This document shows, piece by piece, positions 9,917-19,862 of a DNA stretch of 64,000 nucleotides. The DNA is from Spirochaetia bacterium (GTDB lineage: Bacteria > Spirochaetota > Spirochaetia > DSM-2461), in assembly GCA_963668315.1 (NCBI GenBank), contig OY764216.1, positions 5,056,001-5,120,000 of the forward strand, read 5' to 3'. The notes beneath the pieces were generated by a model, which saw only the letters and a program-made list of their open reading frames with translations, had not been told where the DNA came from and did no database searches. Each line of letters begins with the position of its first letter. The first letter of the stretch is position 1. The position numbers and the translations under genes are program-made.

Positions 9917-10500
9917 TTCTGGCCACAGGAAACGCCCATAAAGCCCAGGAACTGGAGAAGATTCTCTCTCCCCACAAGGTTCTCATACCGGCCGATCTGG
10001 GACTGGACTTTGACTGTGAGGAAACGGGGACGACCTATCTGGACAACGCCCTTCTCAAAGCGCAGACCCTGGCCGCCATGACGGACAAGCCGGTAATAGC
10101 CGACGATTCGGGAATCTCCGTTCCCGCCCTGGGAGGAGCCCCCGGTATCTATTCGGCCCGTTACGGTTCGGAAGAAGCGGGAAGAATGCTCTCTTCGGAA
10201 GAAAGAAATGCCTTTTTGCTCAAGAACATGGAGGGCCGGGAGGACTGGAGCGCCTTCTTTGTCTGCTCCATGGTTCTCATGCTCAGTCCCTACCGGGTTT
10301 TCACCGTGCAGGAGACCATGGACGGGCGCCTGACAAAGGACGGCGCCGGTTCGGGCGGCTTCGGTTACGACCCGGTCTTCTACCTGGAAGAAAAGGGCTG
10401 CACCGTGGCCGAACTGAGCGAGGAAGAGAAGAACGAAGTTTCCCACCGGGGCAAGGCGGGAGCCAGGCTTAAACTGATTCTGGACAGCCTGGAACAATGA
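9907..10500 (+). CDS. rdgB: Non-canonical purine NTP pyrophosphatase (RdgB/HAM1)
   Basis: LATGNAHK, ADDSG, PGIYSAR, GFGYDPVF, KNEVSHRG. Confidence 0.95.
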   Translation: MEVVLATGNAHKAQELEKILSPHKVLIPADLGLDFDCEETGTTYLDNALLKAQTLAAMTDKPVIADDSGISVPALGGAPGIYSARYGSEEAGRMLSSEERNAFLLKNMEGREDWSAFFVCSMVLMLSPYRVFTVQETMDGRLTKDGAGSGGFGYDPVFYLEEKGCTVAELSEEEKNEVSHRGKAGARLKLILDSLEQ

Positions 10501-11375
10501 GCCCTTCCCTTTTTACTGTAATCGGCGGCGCCAACATGGATATCATCGCCGTACCGGAACGACGTATTCTGCCCGGCGACTCGGCACCGGGACGCATTCG
10601 TTTTATCCCCGGCGGCGTGGGACGCAACATAGCCCAGGCCCTGAAAATCACGGCCGGAGCGGGCAGCCGGGTCGAACTGATCACGGCGCTGGGTGATGAT
10701 GCAAGTTCCTCCCAGGTCCGAGAAATCACGGAAGAAATCGGTGTTTCCTTTGCGCACAGCCTGATTTTTCCCGGCCGGACCTGTCCGACCTACGCCGCCA
10801 TCATGGACGGCGGAGACCTTCTTTCCGCCGTAAACGATATGGGCCTTCTGAAGGAGATCACCCCGGAAAGGCTGAATTCCTGCCGGGAGATTCTCAATGA
10901 GGCCGATATGATCATTCTGGATGCGAACCTGGAAGAGGAGACGATCCTCTGGGTGGCGGAGACCTTTCCATCCAAGCCCCTCTTTGCCGAAACGGTTTCG
11001 GCCGTCAAATGCATCCGTTTTCTCCCCGTTCTTTCCCGCCTTTACGGGATAAAACCGAATAAACTGGAAGCGGAAAAACTGACCGGTATGACCATCCAAA
11101 ACGGCGATGATGCCCTGGAATGCGCGGCCCTCCTTCATAAGAAAGGAGTGGATAATGTCATAATTACCCTGGGAAGCGCCGGTTCGGTCTATTATTCATC
11201 GAAAGAATGGGGTATGATAAACGCTTCCCCTCTGGAAAATGTCCAGGATATCAACGGGGCGGGCGACTACTATCTGGCCGGAGTTCTTCCGGCTCTGAAG
11301 GAAGGGTTAAGCCTGGAGGAAGCCGCCCGATCGGGAAGCATGAACGCTTTGAGAAAACTCAAAGGAGAAGTGTAA
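10497..11375 (+). CDS. psuK: PfkB-family kinase, probable pseudouridine kinase
   Basis: GGANMD, GGVGRNIA, KPNKLEA, DINGAGD; adjacent to psuG. Confidence 0.8.
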   Translation: MSPSLFTVIGGANMDIIAVPERRILPGDSAPGRIRFIPGGVGRNIAQALKITAGAGSRVELITALGDDASSSQVREITEEIGVSFAHSLIFPGRTCPTYAAIMDGGDLLSAVNDMGLLKEITPERLNSCREILNEADMIILDANLEEETILWVAETFPSKPLFAETVSAVKCIRFLPVLSRLYGIKPNKLEAEKLTGMTIQNGDDALECAALLHKKGVDNVIITLGSAGSVYYSSKEWGMINASPLENVQDINGAGDYYLAGVLPALKEGLSLEEAARSGSMNALRKLKGEV

Positions 11376-12841
11376 TGGTGGAACTGAACGAAAAGGAAAT
11401 ACGCATCCTCGGCTGTCTGATGGAGAAGGAGAGGACGACTCCCGACGCCTATCCCCTGACGGAGAACAGCCTCTTAAACGCCTGTAATCAGAAAACCGGA
11501 AGAGATCCGGTCATGACTCTGGACAGTCAGGATGTGAAATCGGCTCTGGACGGGCTCGGCCGGAAAGGCCTCACCTCTCAAACCCAGGCCGATTCGGGTT
11601 ACGCCAAAAGATATCTGCATAATTTACACAGAGAATGGGAACTCTCCGATCGTCAGCAGGCGATCATGGCCGTTCTGATGCTCAGGGGAGCTCAGACCAT
11701 GGGAGAATTGAAGGCCCGCACTGCCAGGATTTACCATTTTTCCTCGGCGGCGGAACTGGAACAATCCCTGAACCATCTGTGCGAGCGGGCCGTCCCCCTG
11801 GCGCAGAAGCTGCCCCGCCGGCCGGGCCATAAAGAGAGCCGATACGATCATTTGCTTTACAGAATGGAGGAAAATAACGCAATGAAAAGACCCAATGTCA
11901 TAATACAGAAGAAATCCGATGTCCCCGGCGGACTGGTAAGTCTCTCCCCCGAGGTAAAGGAAGCCGTGGAATCGGGCAAGGGCGTGGTAGCCCTGGAATC
12001 GACGATTATTTCCCACGGCATGCCCTATCCCCAGAACGTGGAAACCGCCCTGGAAGTGGAGAAAATCATCCGCAACGAAGGGGCCATACCGGCGACGATC
12101 GCCCTGATGAACGGCCAGTTTAAAATCGGCCTGAGCCCCGACGAGATCGATCAGCTGGGAAAAACCGGACGGGATGTCATCAAGTGCAGCCGCCGTGACC
12201 TGCCCTTCGTACTGGCCCGGAAACTGCCCGGCGCCACCACCGTGGCAGCCACCATGATCGGCGCGGCCCTGGGCGGGGTCAAGATTTTCGCCACCGGAGG
12301 AATCGGCGGTGTCCACCGGGGCGCCCCGACCACCTTTGATATTTCCGCCGACCTGGACGAACTGGCCAAAACCGATGTGGCCGTCGTCTGCGCAGGAGCC
12401 AAGGCGATTCTGGACCTGCCCCTGACACAGGAGTACCTGGAGACCCGCGGCGTTCCCGTGGTCGGCTTCGGGACGGAAGAACTGCCCGCCTTCTACACCA
12501 GAACGAGCGGCCTTAAGGTTGATTACCGTATCGACAGCGAGAAAGAGCTGGCCCAGGCTCTGGATATCAAGTGGAAGCTGGGCCTTTCCGGCGGCGTAGT
12601 CGTGGCCAACCCCATTCCCGAAGAGTACTCCATGGACCCGGAACATATCAATGCCGTTATCGACCAGGCCCTGGAAGATATGGCCGGACAGGGAATCAAA
12701 GGCAAGGAATCCACCCCCTTCCTCCTGGCCCGCATCAGCGAGCTGACCGGAGGAGACAGCCTCAATTCCAATATCAAGCTGGTCTTCAACAACGCCGTTA
12801 TCGCTTCGCGGACGGCCTGCGAGCTGGCGAAGCTGCAGTAG
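11375..12841 (+). CDS. psuG: YceH (DUF480) domain fused in frame to pseudouridine-5'-phosphate glycosidase
   Basis: N-terminus RILGCLMEKERTTPDAYPLTENSLLNACNQK and LRGAQTMGEL (YceH); C-terminus VALESTIISHGMPYP, ATTVAAT, FATGGIGGVHRG (PsuG); internal GGAGG and ATG at 11882. Confidence 0.9.
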   Translation: MVELNEKEIRILGCLMEKERTTPDAYPLTENSLLNACNQKTGRDPVMTLDSQDVKSALDGLGRKGLTSQTQADSGYAKRYLHNLHREWELSDRQQAIMAVLMLRGAQTMGELKARTARIYHFSSAAELEQSLNHLCERAVPLAQKLPRRPGHKESRYDHLLYRMEENNAMKRPNVIIQKKSDVPGGLVSLSPEVKEAVESGKGVVALESTIISHGMPYPQNVETALEVEKIIRNEGAIPATIALMNGQFKIGLSPDEIDQLGKTGRDVIKCSRRDLPFVLARKLPGATTVAATMIGAALGGVKIFATGGIGGVHRGAPTTFDISADLDELAKTDVAVVCAGAKAILDLPLTQEYLETRGVPVVGFGTEELPAFYTRTSGLKVDYRIDSEKELAQALDIKWKLGLSGGVVVANPIPEEYSMDPEHINAVIDQALEDMAGQGIKGKESTPFLLARISELTGGDSLNSNIKLVFNNAVIASRTACELAKLQ

Positions 12842-13018
12842 GGACAGTAAGGATGCGGAGCAGACCGGCTCCGCCGGGCCGGAGGCGAAAGCCGAAGTCC
12901 TGAATGGCCCGGGCCCCGCGCCGCAGGTGCGGGGTACTGCCCCTTTTAATGAAACAATCCCCCCGGGATCAACAGCCGTAGATCAGAGACCGGGGAGCCC
13001 GCCCGCTTTTCACCCGAT

Positions 13019-13642
13019 TCAGGATTCCTCGTAGATACCCCGGCGCAGTACGGAGAGGTAGAAATCCCAGTTTTCCATGTAGGTGCGGCGGATGGTCTCT
13101 TCCCCCTCGCCCTTATGGAAATCGCGAAGAAAATCCAGCCGTGTCTTCTGGAGAATCCAGGAGGCCAGGTCGAAAAAACGATCCCTGTCACAGGCGTAGG
13201 ACGATGTATCCACATCGCAGAACAGTTTATCGAAATGTCTTTTGAAGATATCCCTTAGCTTCTCGACCTGGTCTCCGTCGTAGACGAAAGCCGCCTTGAC
13301 GATGAGACTGAGCGCTTCCGGTTTGGCCACGTAATAACCGACCGCCTCCTCCGCCGCCGTGTACAGCCTTTCGAGCATATCCGCGGGCAGAGTTTTCCCC
13401 TTGGACCGGGCTCCCTCGGCAATATGGTCGTAAAGCTCGGTATAGATATGGTCCAGGGTGTAAAGGTAAAGGTCTTCCTTCGACTCGATGTATTCGTAGA
13501 GACCGCCCTTGGAAATTCCGGCTATTTTGATGATCCGGTCGGTGGAGCCCTTCTCGAAACCGTACCGCCCGAATTCATGGACGGCCGCTCCGATGACCCG
13601 CTCTCTTTTTTCCTGGGGCAGATGGTCGAAGGTATCTTTCAT
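13019..13642 (-). CDS. TetR/AcrR family transcriptional regulator
   Basis: EFGRYGFEKGSTDRIIKIAGISKGGLYEY HTH. Confidence 0.92.
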   Translation of the reverse strand: MKDTFDHLPQEKRERVIGAAVHEFGRYGFEKGSTDRIIKIAGISKGGLYEYIESKEDLYLYTLDHIYTELYDHIAEGARSKGKTLPADMLERLYTAAEEAVGYYVAKPEALSLIVKAAFVYDGDQVEKLRDIFKRHFDKLFCDVDTSSYACDRDRFFDLASWILQKTRLDFLRDFHKGEGEETIRRTYMENWDFYLSVLRRGIYEES

Positions 13643-13687
13643 GGGGCCTCCCGGTCAGGTTCTTTGCGGCCGGAAGCGCCCCGGAAA

Positions 13688-15259
13688 TCAGGCGATGGCC
13701 TTCTCTACTGTAGCCTGATTCTCCACTTTCGTAAAGAGAGAAACGGTCACGGTCACCAGGGCCGAAAGGGGCAGAGCCACCACAAGGGGATCGATCACAG
13801 GCCACTTGCCCGTCCCCAGGGTGGGTTTTCCGAAGAGGGCGCTGCAGATGCCCAGCGCTTCGGCTTCCTTGCCGTGAACGAAGATGAAGAGCAGGCATGA
13901 GGCGATAAAACCGGAAAGGATTCCCCCAATCATCCCCCGGCGGGTCAGCTTTCTCCAATACAGGGCCATGGTATAGGGAGCCAGAAAGGCCGATGCCATG
14001 ATTCCGAAAAAGATGGCCGTGGCGCGGGCGATGATCCCCGGGGGGAACAGAATGCTCAGAAAAACCGATAGGAGGATGGTGAAAACGATTCCCAGACGGG
14101 TGATGAGCATGTCCTTCTCCTCGTTTTTCATGAAGGTGGAGAGGAAATCCCGGGAGATAGACGTTCCGATCGTATGGAACTGGGAACTGAGCGTACTCAG
14201 CCCGGCGGAAAGAATGACCAGGAGGAAGAGGTAGGAGAACCAGGGAGGCATGGCGTCGGCGATAAAGAGGGGGATGATCTTATCCGAATTGCCCTCGGCC
14301 GCCTGAATGGCCAGACCGCCGCTTTTCTGGAAAAAGTAAACGTTGGAGAGGCTGCCCACGATGAAGGCCGTTCCCGTACAGGCCAGAATGAAGATGGAGC
14401 CGATGCCGATGGCCCGGTTCAGTTCCTTGTCGCTTTTGACGCTCATGTAGCGGACGGCCAGCTGGGGCTGAGCCAGTACGCCGATTCCCACGCCCAGCAC
14501 GATGGAGGAGTAGATAACCCACCAGAGAACCGAGCCCGCCTCGGGAGACCGGGTCCAGCCCCTGTGCCCTATGGCCCTCAGATTTTCCGGGACCATGGAT
14601 TCCATTCCGGTCAGGGCCGAATGGGCTTTGACCACGCCCCCCAGTTTGGAATAGATGAAAATGAAGAGAAATACCATGCCGATAAACATGAGGGTTCCCT
14701 GCAGGGCATCGGTGTACATGACGCCCTTCAGACCGCCGAAGGTCACATAGGCCGCCACCAGGATGGAGAAGATGACCAGGGCGTACTCATAGGGGATGCC
14801 GATAAGCCCCTCGATAAGCCGGGAGGCGCCGATGAGCACCGCCGATGCATAAAGGGGCATGAAAAAGAAAATGACCAGTCCGGCAAAACGCTGGACGAAG
14901 AGGGAATCCACCCGCCGTCCCAGCAGCTCGGGAAAGGTATGGGCATCCAGGGCCAATCCCATTTTCCGAGTTTTCTTGCCGTAGAAGATAAAGGCGACGA
15001 CGATGCCCACTGCGATGTTGCAGAGGGTCAGCCAGAGTAGGCTCATGCCGTAGACAGCGGCCAGCCCCCCGAATCCGACAATGGCAGAGGTGGAGATAAA
15101 GGTGGCGCCGTAGGACATGGCCAGAACGTAGGGGTGGGCATTGCGCCCTCCCACCATATAATCCAGGGTATTGGAAGTTCTCTTGTATCCGAGCCAGCCC
15201 AGGTACCCGATAACACCCAGATAGATTACAACGATCGCAATCAGCCAGAACATATCCAT
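13688..15259 (-). CDS. Sodium:solute symporter (SSS family)
   Basis: DYMVGGR, MSYGATFISTSAIVG, GGLKGVMYTD, LAQPQLAVRYM, many TM helices; GGAG RBS before ATG 15259. Confidence 0.93.
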   Translation of the reverse strand: MDMFWLIAIVVIYLGVIGYLGWLGYKRTSNTLDYMVGGRNAHPYVLAMSYGATFISTSAIVGFGGLAAVYGMSLLWLTLCNIAVGIVVAFIFYGKKTRKMGLALDAHTFPELLGRRVDSLFVQRFAGLVIFFFMPLYASAVLIGASRLIEGLIGIPYEYALVIFSILVAAYVTFGGLKGVMYTDALQGTLMFIGMVFLFIFIYSKLGGVVKAHSALTGMESMVPENLRAIGHRGWTRSPEAGSVLWWVIYSSIVLGVGIGVLAQPQLAVRYMSVKSDKELNRAIGIGSIFILACTGTAFIVGSLSNVYFFQKSGGLAIQAAEGNSDKIIPLFIADAMPPWFSYLFLLVILSAGLSTLSSQFHTIGTSISRDFLSTFMKNEEKDMLITRLGIVFTILLSVFLSILFPPGIIARATAIFFGIMASAFLAPYTMALYWRKLTRRGMIGGILSGFIASCLLFIFVHGKEAEALGICSALFGKPTLGTGKWPVIDPLVVALPLSALVTVTVSLFTKVENQATVEKAIA

Positions 15260-15261
15260 GG

Positions 15262-15372
15262 TTATTCTCCCCTGTTCCAGTTTCTGATTCCGTAAAAAAG
15301 GCCGAATCCAGAACTGACGAAAAGGGCGATAAAACAGAAGGCGATTGTGGGGTCGGGCAGACCTAGTATCAT
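15262..15372 (-). CDS. Small single-TM symporter accessory protein (36 aa); not in the ORF track
   Basis: MILGLPDPTIAFCFIALFVSSGFGLFYGIRNWNRGE; AAGGAG RBS; the LG..DP...YG..NWN pattern of small ORFs that precede this SSS subfamily. Confidence 0.85.
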   Translation of the reverse strand: MILGLPDPTIAFCFIALFVSSGFGLFYGIRNWNRGE

Positions 15373-15389
15373 GGGGAACTCCTTGGCCG

Positions 15390-15403
15390 ACCGACTGGTC
15401 GGT
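15390..15403. promoter_or_regulatory. Candidate TetR operator
   Basis: Perfect inverted repeat ACCGAC-TG-GTCGGT just upstream of the small ORF-SSS-tetR operon. Confidence 0.65.
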
Positions 15404-15608
15404 TTTTAAATATTCATTCATTTTAAGAGGAGATTCAAGATCTGACAAGGGAAAAAACAGTTTTCCTCTCGGCAAGACCCGTTCTTGTACACCGGTACAA
15501 ATAGATACGCCCTCTTTCGTTCATTTTTTGTTCATGTAAACAGTGATTAAAGCTAGTATAACTGCAATAAATAGTTATTTAATTATTTATATTAGGGGTG
15601 AAACGGTT

Positions 15609-16174
15609 ATGACGGAAAGAAGGAAAATCAAATTGGTTCAGGCCGCCTATGATGCGGTATTATTAACACTGGGAATGCAGTCTATCGGAATACTGGGGTA
15701 CGGGGAGTAGAGTACATCTGGATGCTTTCTATACCGCTGCTGCTGTTCTTCGCCTTCGGCGCTGACTTCAAACTTGTCCCCTCCATATAGTATGATATCT
15801 GTGCGGTTTATTCTGGGCGATTATTAACGAAATTTTACCCGGGCTTCTGAGTTCCTTTCTCAATGCGGGACTTGTGAACATATTAACACCTGTCGTAGCC
15901 ATTTTCCTGCTGCTGACTGTGTATGAGAACTTTCTGGAAAAGACAATTTTCGGTAATCTGCCCGCCCTTTTCATGGGACTGGCGTCATCATTTTTTACCT
16001 TCTTGATCAAGCCGGCCAATGCGGCACCCATCACCCCGATTCACCTGGTCGTGTTTTTCGTATACGGGGTAATTCTGGCGCTCTTGCTGGCCGGAGGAGG
16101 GCTCATGTTCTGTTCCCTCTTTTTCGGGAAGCAAAAAGGCCATGGGAGCGTTAATTCCGGCTCAGGAAGAATAG
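15609..16174 (+). pseudogene. Frameshifted membrane-protein gene (DUF1097-like)
   Basis: Hydrophobic fragments spread over different frames: MTERRKIK...GYGE*, ...YIWMLSIPLLLFFAFGADFKLVPSI*, ...YLCGLFWAII...GNLPALFMGLASSF..., ...KAMGALIPAQEE*. Confidence 0.65.
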
Positions 16175-16231
16175 GCAGAATTACCTGTAAACCCTTGCCA
16201 TTCCCCCCGTTCTTGGGCATAGTTAGAAACT

Positions 16232-17491
16232 ATGAAGATAATCACCCCCATGACGAGAAAATCGGTCACCGTCACCGCCCCTCCCGCCAAGGCCTATACG
16301 CTTAGAGCCCTGGTACTGGCTTCCCTGGCAGAGGGAACCAGCCGCATAGGCAATCCCCTTCTGGGGCAGGACCAGCTCCACCTTATCGGCTGCCTGGAAA
16401 ATCTGGGGGCCCGGATAGCGCGTGAGGGAGGGGATCTTCTCGTCACGGGCTGTTCCGGCAGGTACCACCCTCAATCGGAAGAACTGAACGCCGGAGAATC
16501 GGGAGTGACCATGAACTTTCTCTCCTCCCTCTCCGCCCTGTGCGACAAAGAAGTGACACTGACCGGCAAAGAGGGCCTCCTGCGCCGCCCCATTGAGGAA
16601 GTAATCAAAGGGATGTCTCAACTGGGCGGCAGGGCGACTTATCTTGACAAGGAAGGTTTTCCCCCTGTCCGGATTCACCCCTCTCCCCTCAAAGGGGGCC
16701 GGACGGTTATGTCCGGAAGCAAGACATCCCAGTACTTCAGCTCCCTCGTCATCGCCGGAGCCCTGACCGAGGATGATACCACAATCATCTGCTCCGATGA
16801 GATGTCCGAGAGACCCTACTTTGATATAACCACCTCCATGATGGCCCTCTTCGGGGTAAGGACGGAAAATCGGGACTATAGGGAAATCCGTATTCCCTCC
16901 GGGCAGGGCTACCGGGCCTGCGATATGGAAGTGGAGGGAGACTACTCCAGCGCGACCTTTTTCTTCCTGGCCGCCGCCGTCTGCGGTAAAGAGGTCACCG
17001 TGACCGGGCTTAACAGGAACTCCGTACAGGGAGACAGGAAAATCCTGCCCCTGTTGGAAGAAATGGGGTGTTCCGTCCAATGGACCGGAGAAAGGGTAAC
17101 TGTAACCGGCGGTGCCCTGAAGCCCCTGAGAACGGACGGAACAGACATCCCCGACATGGTGCCCTCCCTGGCGGTGGCCGCCGCTTTCGCGGAAGGGGAA
17201 TCGGTCTTTACCGGTGTGGGACGACTGCGTTACAAGGAGTGCGACCGGCTGGAAGCGATAAAAGGGAATCTGGAAGCCATGGGAGGAAAAGTCCGCTACG
17301 ACGAGGATACCCTTTATATTACCGGAACACCTCTCAAGGGAGCCCAGATAGATTCCTTCAACGACCACCGCATAGCCATGGCTTTTGCCGTAGCCGGCCT
17401 GGCCGTGGCAGGACAGGAGATCGGCGACCCGGACTGCGTGGGTAAATCTTTTCCCGATTTCTGGGAGAGGCTGGCTCTCTTCCAGGAATAG
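16232..17491 (+). CDS. aroA: 3-phosphoshikimate 1-carboxyvinyltransferase
   Basis: NAGESG, SQYFSSL, EGDYSSA, LRYKECDR, NDHRIAMA, KSFPDFW. Confidence 0.95.
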   Translation: MKIITPMTRKSVTVTAPPAKAYTLRALVLASLAEGTSRIGNPLLGQDQLHLIGCLENLGARIAREGGDLLVTGCSGRYHPQSEELNAGESGVTMNFLSSLSALCDKEVTLTGKEGLLRRPIEEVIKGMSQLGGRATYLDKEGFPPVRIHPSPLKGGRTVMSGSKTSQYFSSLVIAGALTEDDTTIICSDEMSERPYFDITTSMMALFGVRTENRDYREIRIPSGQGYRACDMEVEGDYSSATFFFLAAAVCGKEVTVTGLNRNSVQGDRKILPLLEEMGCSVQWTGERVTVTGGALKPLRTDGTDIPDMVPSLAVAAAFAEGESVFTGVGRLRYKECDRLEAIKGNLEAMGGKVRYDEDTLYITGTPLKGAQIDSFNDHRIAMAFAVAGLAVAGQEIGDPDCVGKSFPDFWERLALFQE

Positions 17492-17697
17492 GTGTTCACA
17501 AAAAGCAAACAACTCTCACGAATAATAAACAAAGAAGTAATGAAAATCCGCCTGCCGAAAGTGACAGAGAGTCTTCCCGCCCAGATACAGAGTACTTAGC
17601 GCGAATCCGTCCTTATCTATTCCTAAAATCCGGCTCACGGGAATAATACCTATCCCTCCTATTTTTACTTTCATATCTCATAGAGGAGGGATTTCAA

Positions 17698-18750
17698 ATG
17701 ATTTCCAGAAAAACTCACAAACCATTTTTCACAGCGACCCTGTTAGGCCCGCTTGTTCTCACGGCTGGGCTGGCCTTGATAACAGGCTGCGACACAGGCA
17801 GTTCAACCCGGGGCGCTTCGGCTCTTTCCGCTCCCAACACGGAACTTACCCTCATAGCCCACCGGGGCGCTTCGGGCTATCTACCGGAACACACCCTGGA
17901 AGGCTACGAACTGGCCGTGGAGCTGGGGGCCGATTATATCGAGCCGGACCTTCAGTTTACCTCCGACGGAGAACTGGTGGCCATGCATGACAGCACCCTG
18001 GATAGGACAACCAACGTGAAAGTTCTCTTTCCCGATGCCGCCGATTACAATGTCTCGAGCTTTACCCTGGCGCAGATTAAAACCCTTACCGTGCAGCCCG
18101 TAAATAACGAATCGACAACCTACGCGGGCTTCACCTCAAAATACGGGGAGAATTTTACCGTTCCGACCTTCCAGGAAGTGATCACCCTCTCCCAGAAGAT
18201 GAGCCTGGAGAAGGGACGTTACATCGGCCTTTATCCCGAAGCCAAACAGGGAGATGAGGAGATGGGCAGGATGATTGTGGACACCCTGAAGAGCAACGGG
18301 CTTACCGGCGCAGAGGATTATGTCTATATCCAGTCATTCTCCAATACCATCCTCAAATACATAAAGACCTACCAGGAAAGCCTCGGAATGTCGATTCCTT
18401 TGATCGTTCTGGGGTACGCACTGCCCTCATCTGACGGCAGCGGCACCGTACTGGGAGTCGGGCAGGAGATGGAAGAATACAGTAAAACCGCAGAGTACGC
18501 CGATGGAATCGGATTCTATAAAGACGGTCTGACTTACGGAAGCATGACCATTCTCGAAGTGGACAAGGATATAGTCGACGAAGTACACAGCGAAGGGCTC
18601 CTGGTGCATATCTGGACATTCAGCCAGAGCGACGAAACCCTGGCCGCCGAGGAGTACGGAAAATTTTTCGAGACGGGTATAGACGGTTTCTTTACGAACT
18701 ACACCGATCTGGCCCTTACCGCCCGGGACAAGTTTCTGGCGGTAAAATAA
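17698..18750 (+). CDS. glpQ: Glycerophosphodiester phosphodiesterase, probable lipoprotein
   Basis: IAHRGASGYLPEHT, GADYIEPD, MHD motifs; lipobox-like ITGC. Confidence 0.9.
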   Translation: MISRKTHKPFFTATLLGPLVLTAGLALITGCDTGSSTRGASALSAPNTELTLIAHRGASGYLPEHTLEGYELAVELGADYIEPDLQFTSDGELVAMHDSTLDRTTNVKVLFPDAADYNVSSFTLAQIKTLTVQPVNNESTTYAGFTSKYGENFTVPTFQEVITLSQKMSLEKGRYIGLYPEAKQGDEEMGRMIVDTLKSNGLTGAEDYVYIQSFSNTILKYIKTYQESLGMSIPLIVLGYALPSSDGSGTVLGVGQEMEEYSKTAEYADGIGFYKDGLTYGSMTILEVDKDIVDEVHSEGLLVHIWTFSQSDETLAAEEYGKFFETGIDGFFTNYTDLALTARDKFLAVK

Positions 18751-18767
18751 CTCTCCGGCCCGGAGAT

Positions 18768-19862
18768 TCAGGACAACCGGCCCAGGGAAACCCCCAGGTG
18801 CTCCGCTGTTTTCACCAGGCCGTTGTCCTCGGTTATGAACTTTTTCCTGCCGACCACCTCTTCCAGGGGAACGGGGATAAACTCGTTATTCCTTACGGCG
18901 ATCATGACACCGAACTCCCCAGTGATGATCTGGGAGGCGGCTTTGGTACCCAGCCGGCTGGCCAGGATGCGGTCTCTCGCTGTTGGGACTCCTCCCCTCT
19001 GCAGATGGCCCAGAGTGGTAATGCGGGTTTCGATCCTCACCCGCTTTTCGATAATCCGGGCCAGGTTGTGGCTTAAGCTGTCGCAGTAATTCAGATCCCG
19101 CTCCTTAACCTCTTTCTTGTCCATCCCCTTTCTCAGCTCCGCTTCTTCGATGGAATGGGCGCCTTCGGCCACAACGACAATACTGAAACGCTTGCTGCGT
19201 CTTTCCCTTTCTATCAGAGCTTCCACCACCTTATCGATGGAAAAGGGAAATTCGGGTATCAGGATGACATCGGCCCCTCCGGCCAGACCGGCCCCCATGG
19301 CCAGCCATCCCGTATTATGGCCCATTACATCCACCAGCATACAGCGGTGATGGCTGGAAGCGGTCGTATGAAGCCTGTCAATTGCTTCACAGGCAATGGA
19401 CATTCCCGTATCGTACCCGAAAGTAACATCGGTGCCGAAAATATCGTTGTCGATAGTCTTGGGCAGGGTTATGATATTGGGTATGCCGTTCTGATAGAGG
19501 TGAAAGGCATTTTTCTGAGTCCCTCCCCCGCCTATGCAGACAAGAGCATCAAGACGGAGCCGCTTATAATTCTCAACGGCATCGTGGGTTCTGTCCACCT
19601 TGCTGCCGTCCCGGGTAAGGAACTTATGGGGTTTCAAACGGCTTGTCCCCAGAATGGTTCCCCCCTCTACGAGCAGGCCCGAAGTCTCTTTGGCCCCCAG
19701 AGGTATTGTCCTGTTCTCCACCAGGCCCCGGAAACCGTCCTGAATACCGATGATCTGAATTCCCCTCTCCAGAAGAGGTTTCGCCACACCGCGAATTGCC
19801 GCATTCAAGCCGGGACAGTCTCCCCCGGAAGTCAATATTCCTATTCTTCTGATGTCTGCCAT
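18768..19862 (-). CDS. pfkA: 6-phosphofructokinase (group III type, probably ATP-dependent)
   Basis: ILTSGGDCPGLNA, GGTILGTSR, GGGGT, PKTIDND, VMGH, LGHLQRGG. Confidence 0.9.
   Translation of the reverse strand: MADIRRIGILTSGGDCPGLNAAIRGVAKPLLERGIQIIGIQDGFRGLVENRTIPLGAKETSGLLVEGGTILGTSRLKPHKFLTRDGSKVDRTHDAVENYKRLRLDALVCIGGGGTQKNAFHLYQNGIPNIITLPKTIDNDIFGTDVTFGYDTGMSIACEAIDRLHTTASSHHRCMLVDVMGHNTGWLAMGAGLAGGADVILIPEFPFSIDKVVEALIERERRSKRFSIVVVAEGAHSIEEAELRKGMDKKEVKERDLNYCDSLSHNLARIIEKRVRIETRITTLGHLQRGGVPTARDRILASRLGTKAASQIITGEFGVMIAVRNNEFIPVPLEEVVGRKKFITEDNGLVKTAEHLGVSLGRLS

Noticed and set aside
12842..13018. Identification as a c-di-GMP riboswitch, hammerhead ribozyme or SRP RNA
   Set aside because: Core consensus nucleotides do not match, and it lies at gene 3' ends rather than in a leader; kept only as an unassigned structured element
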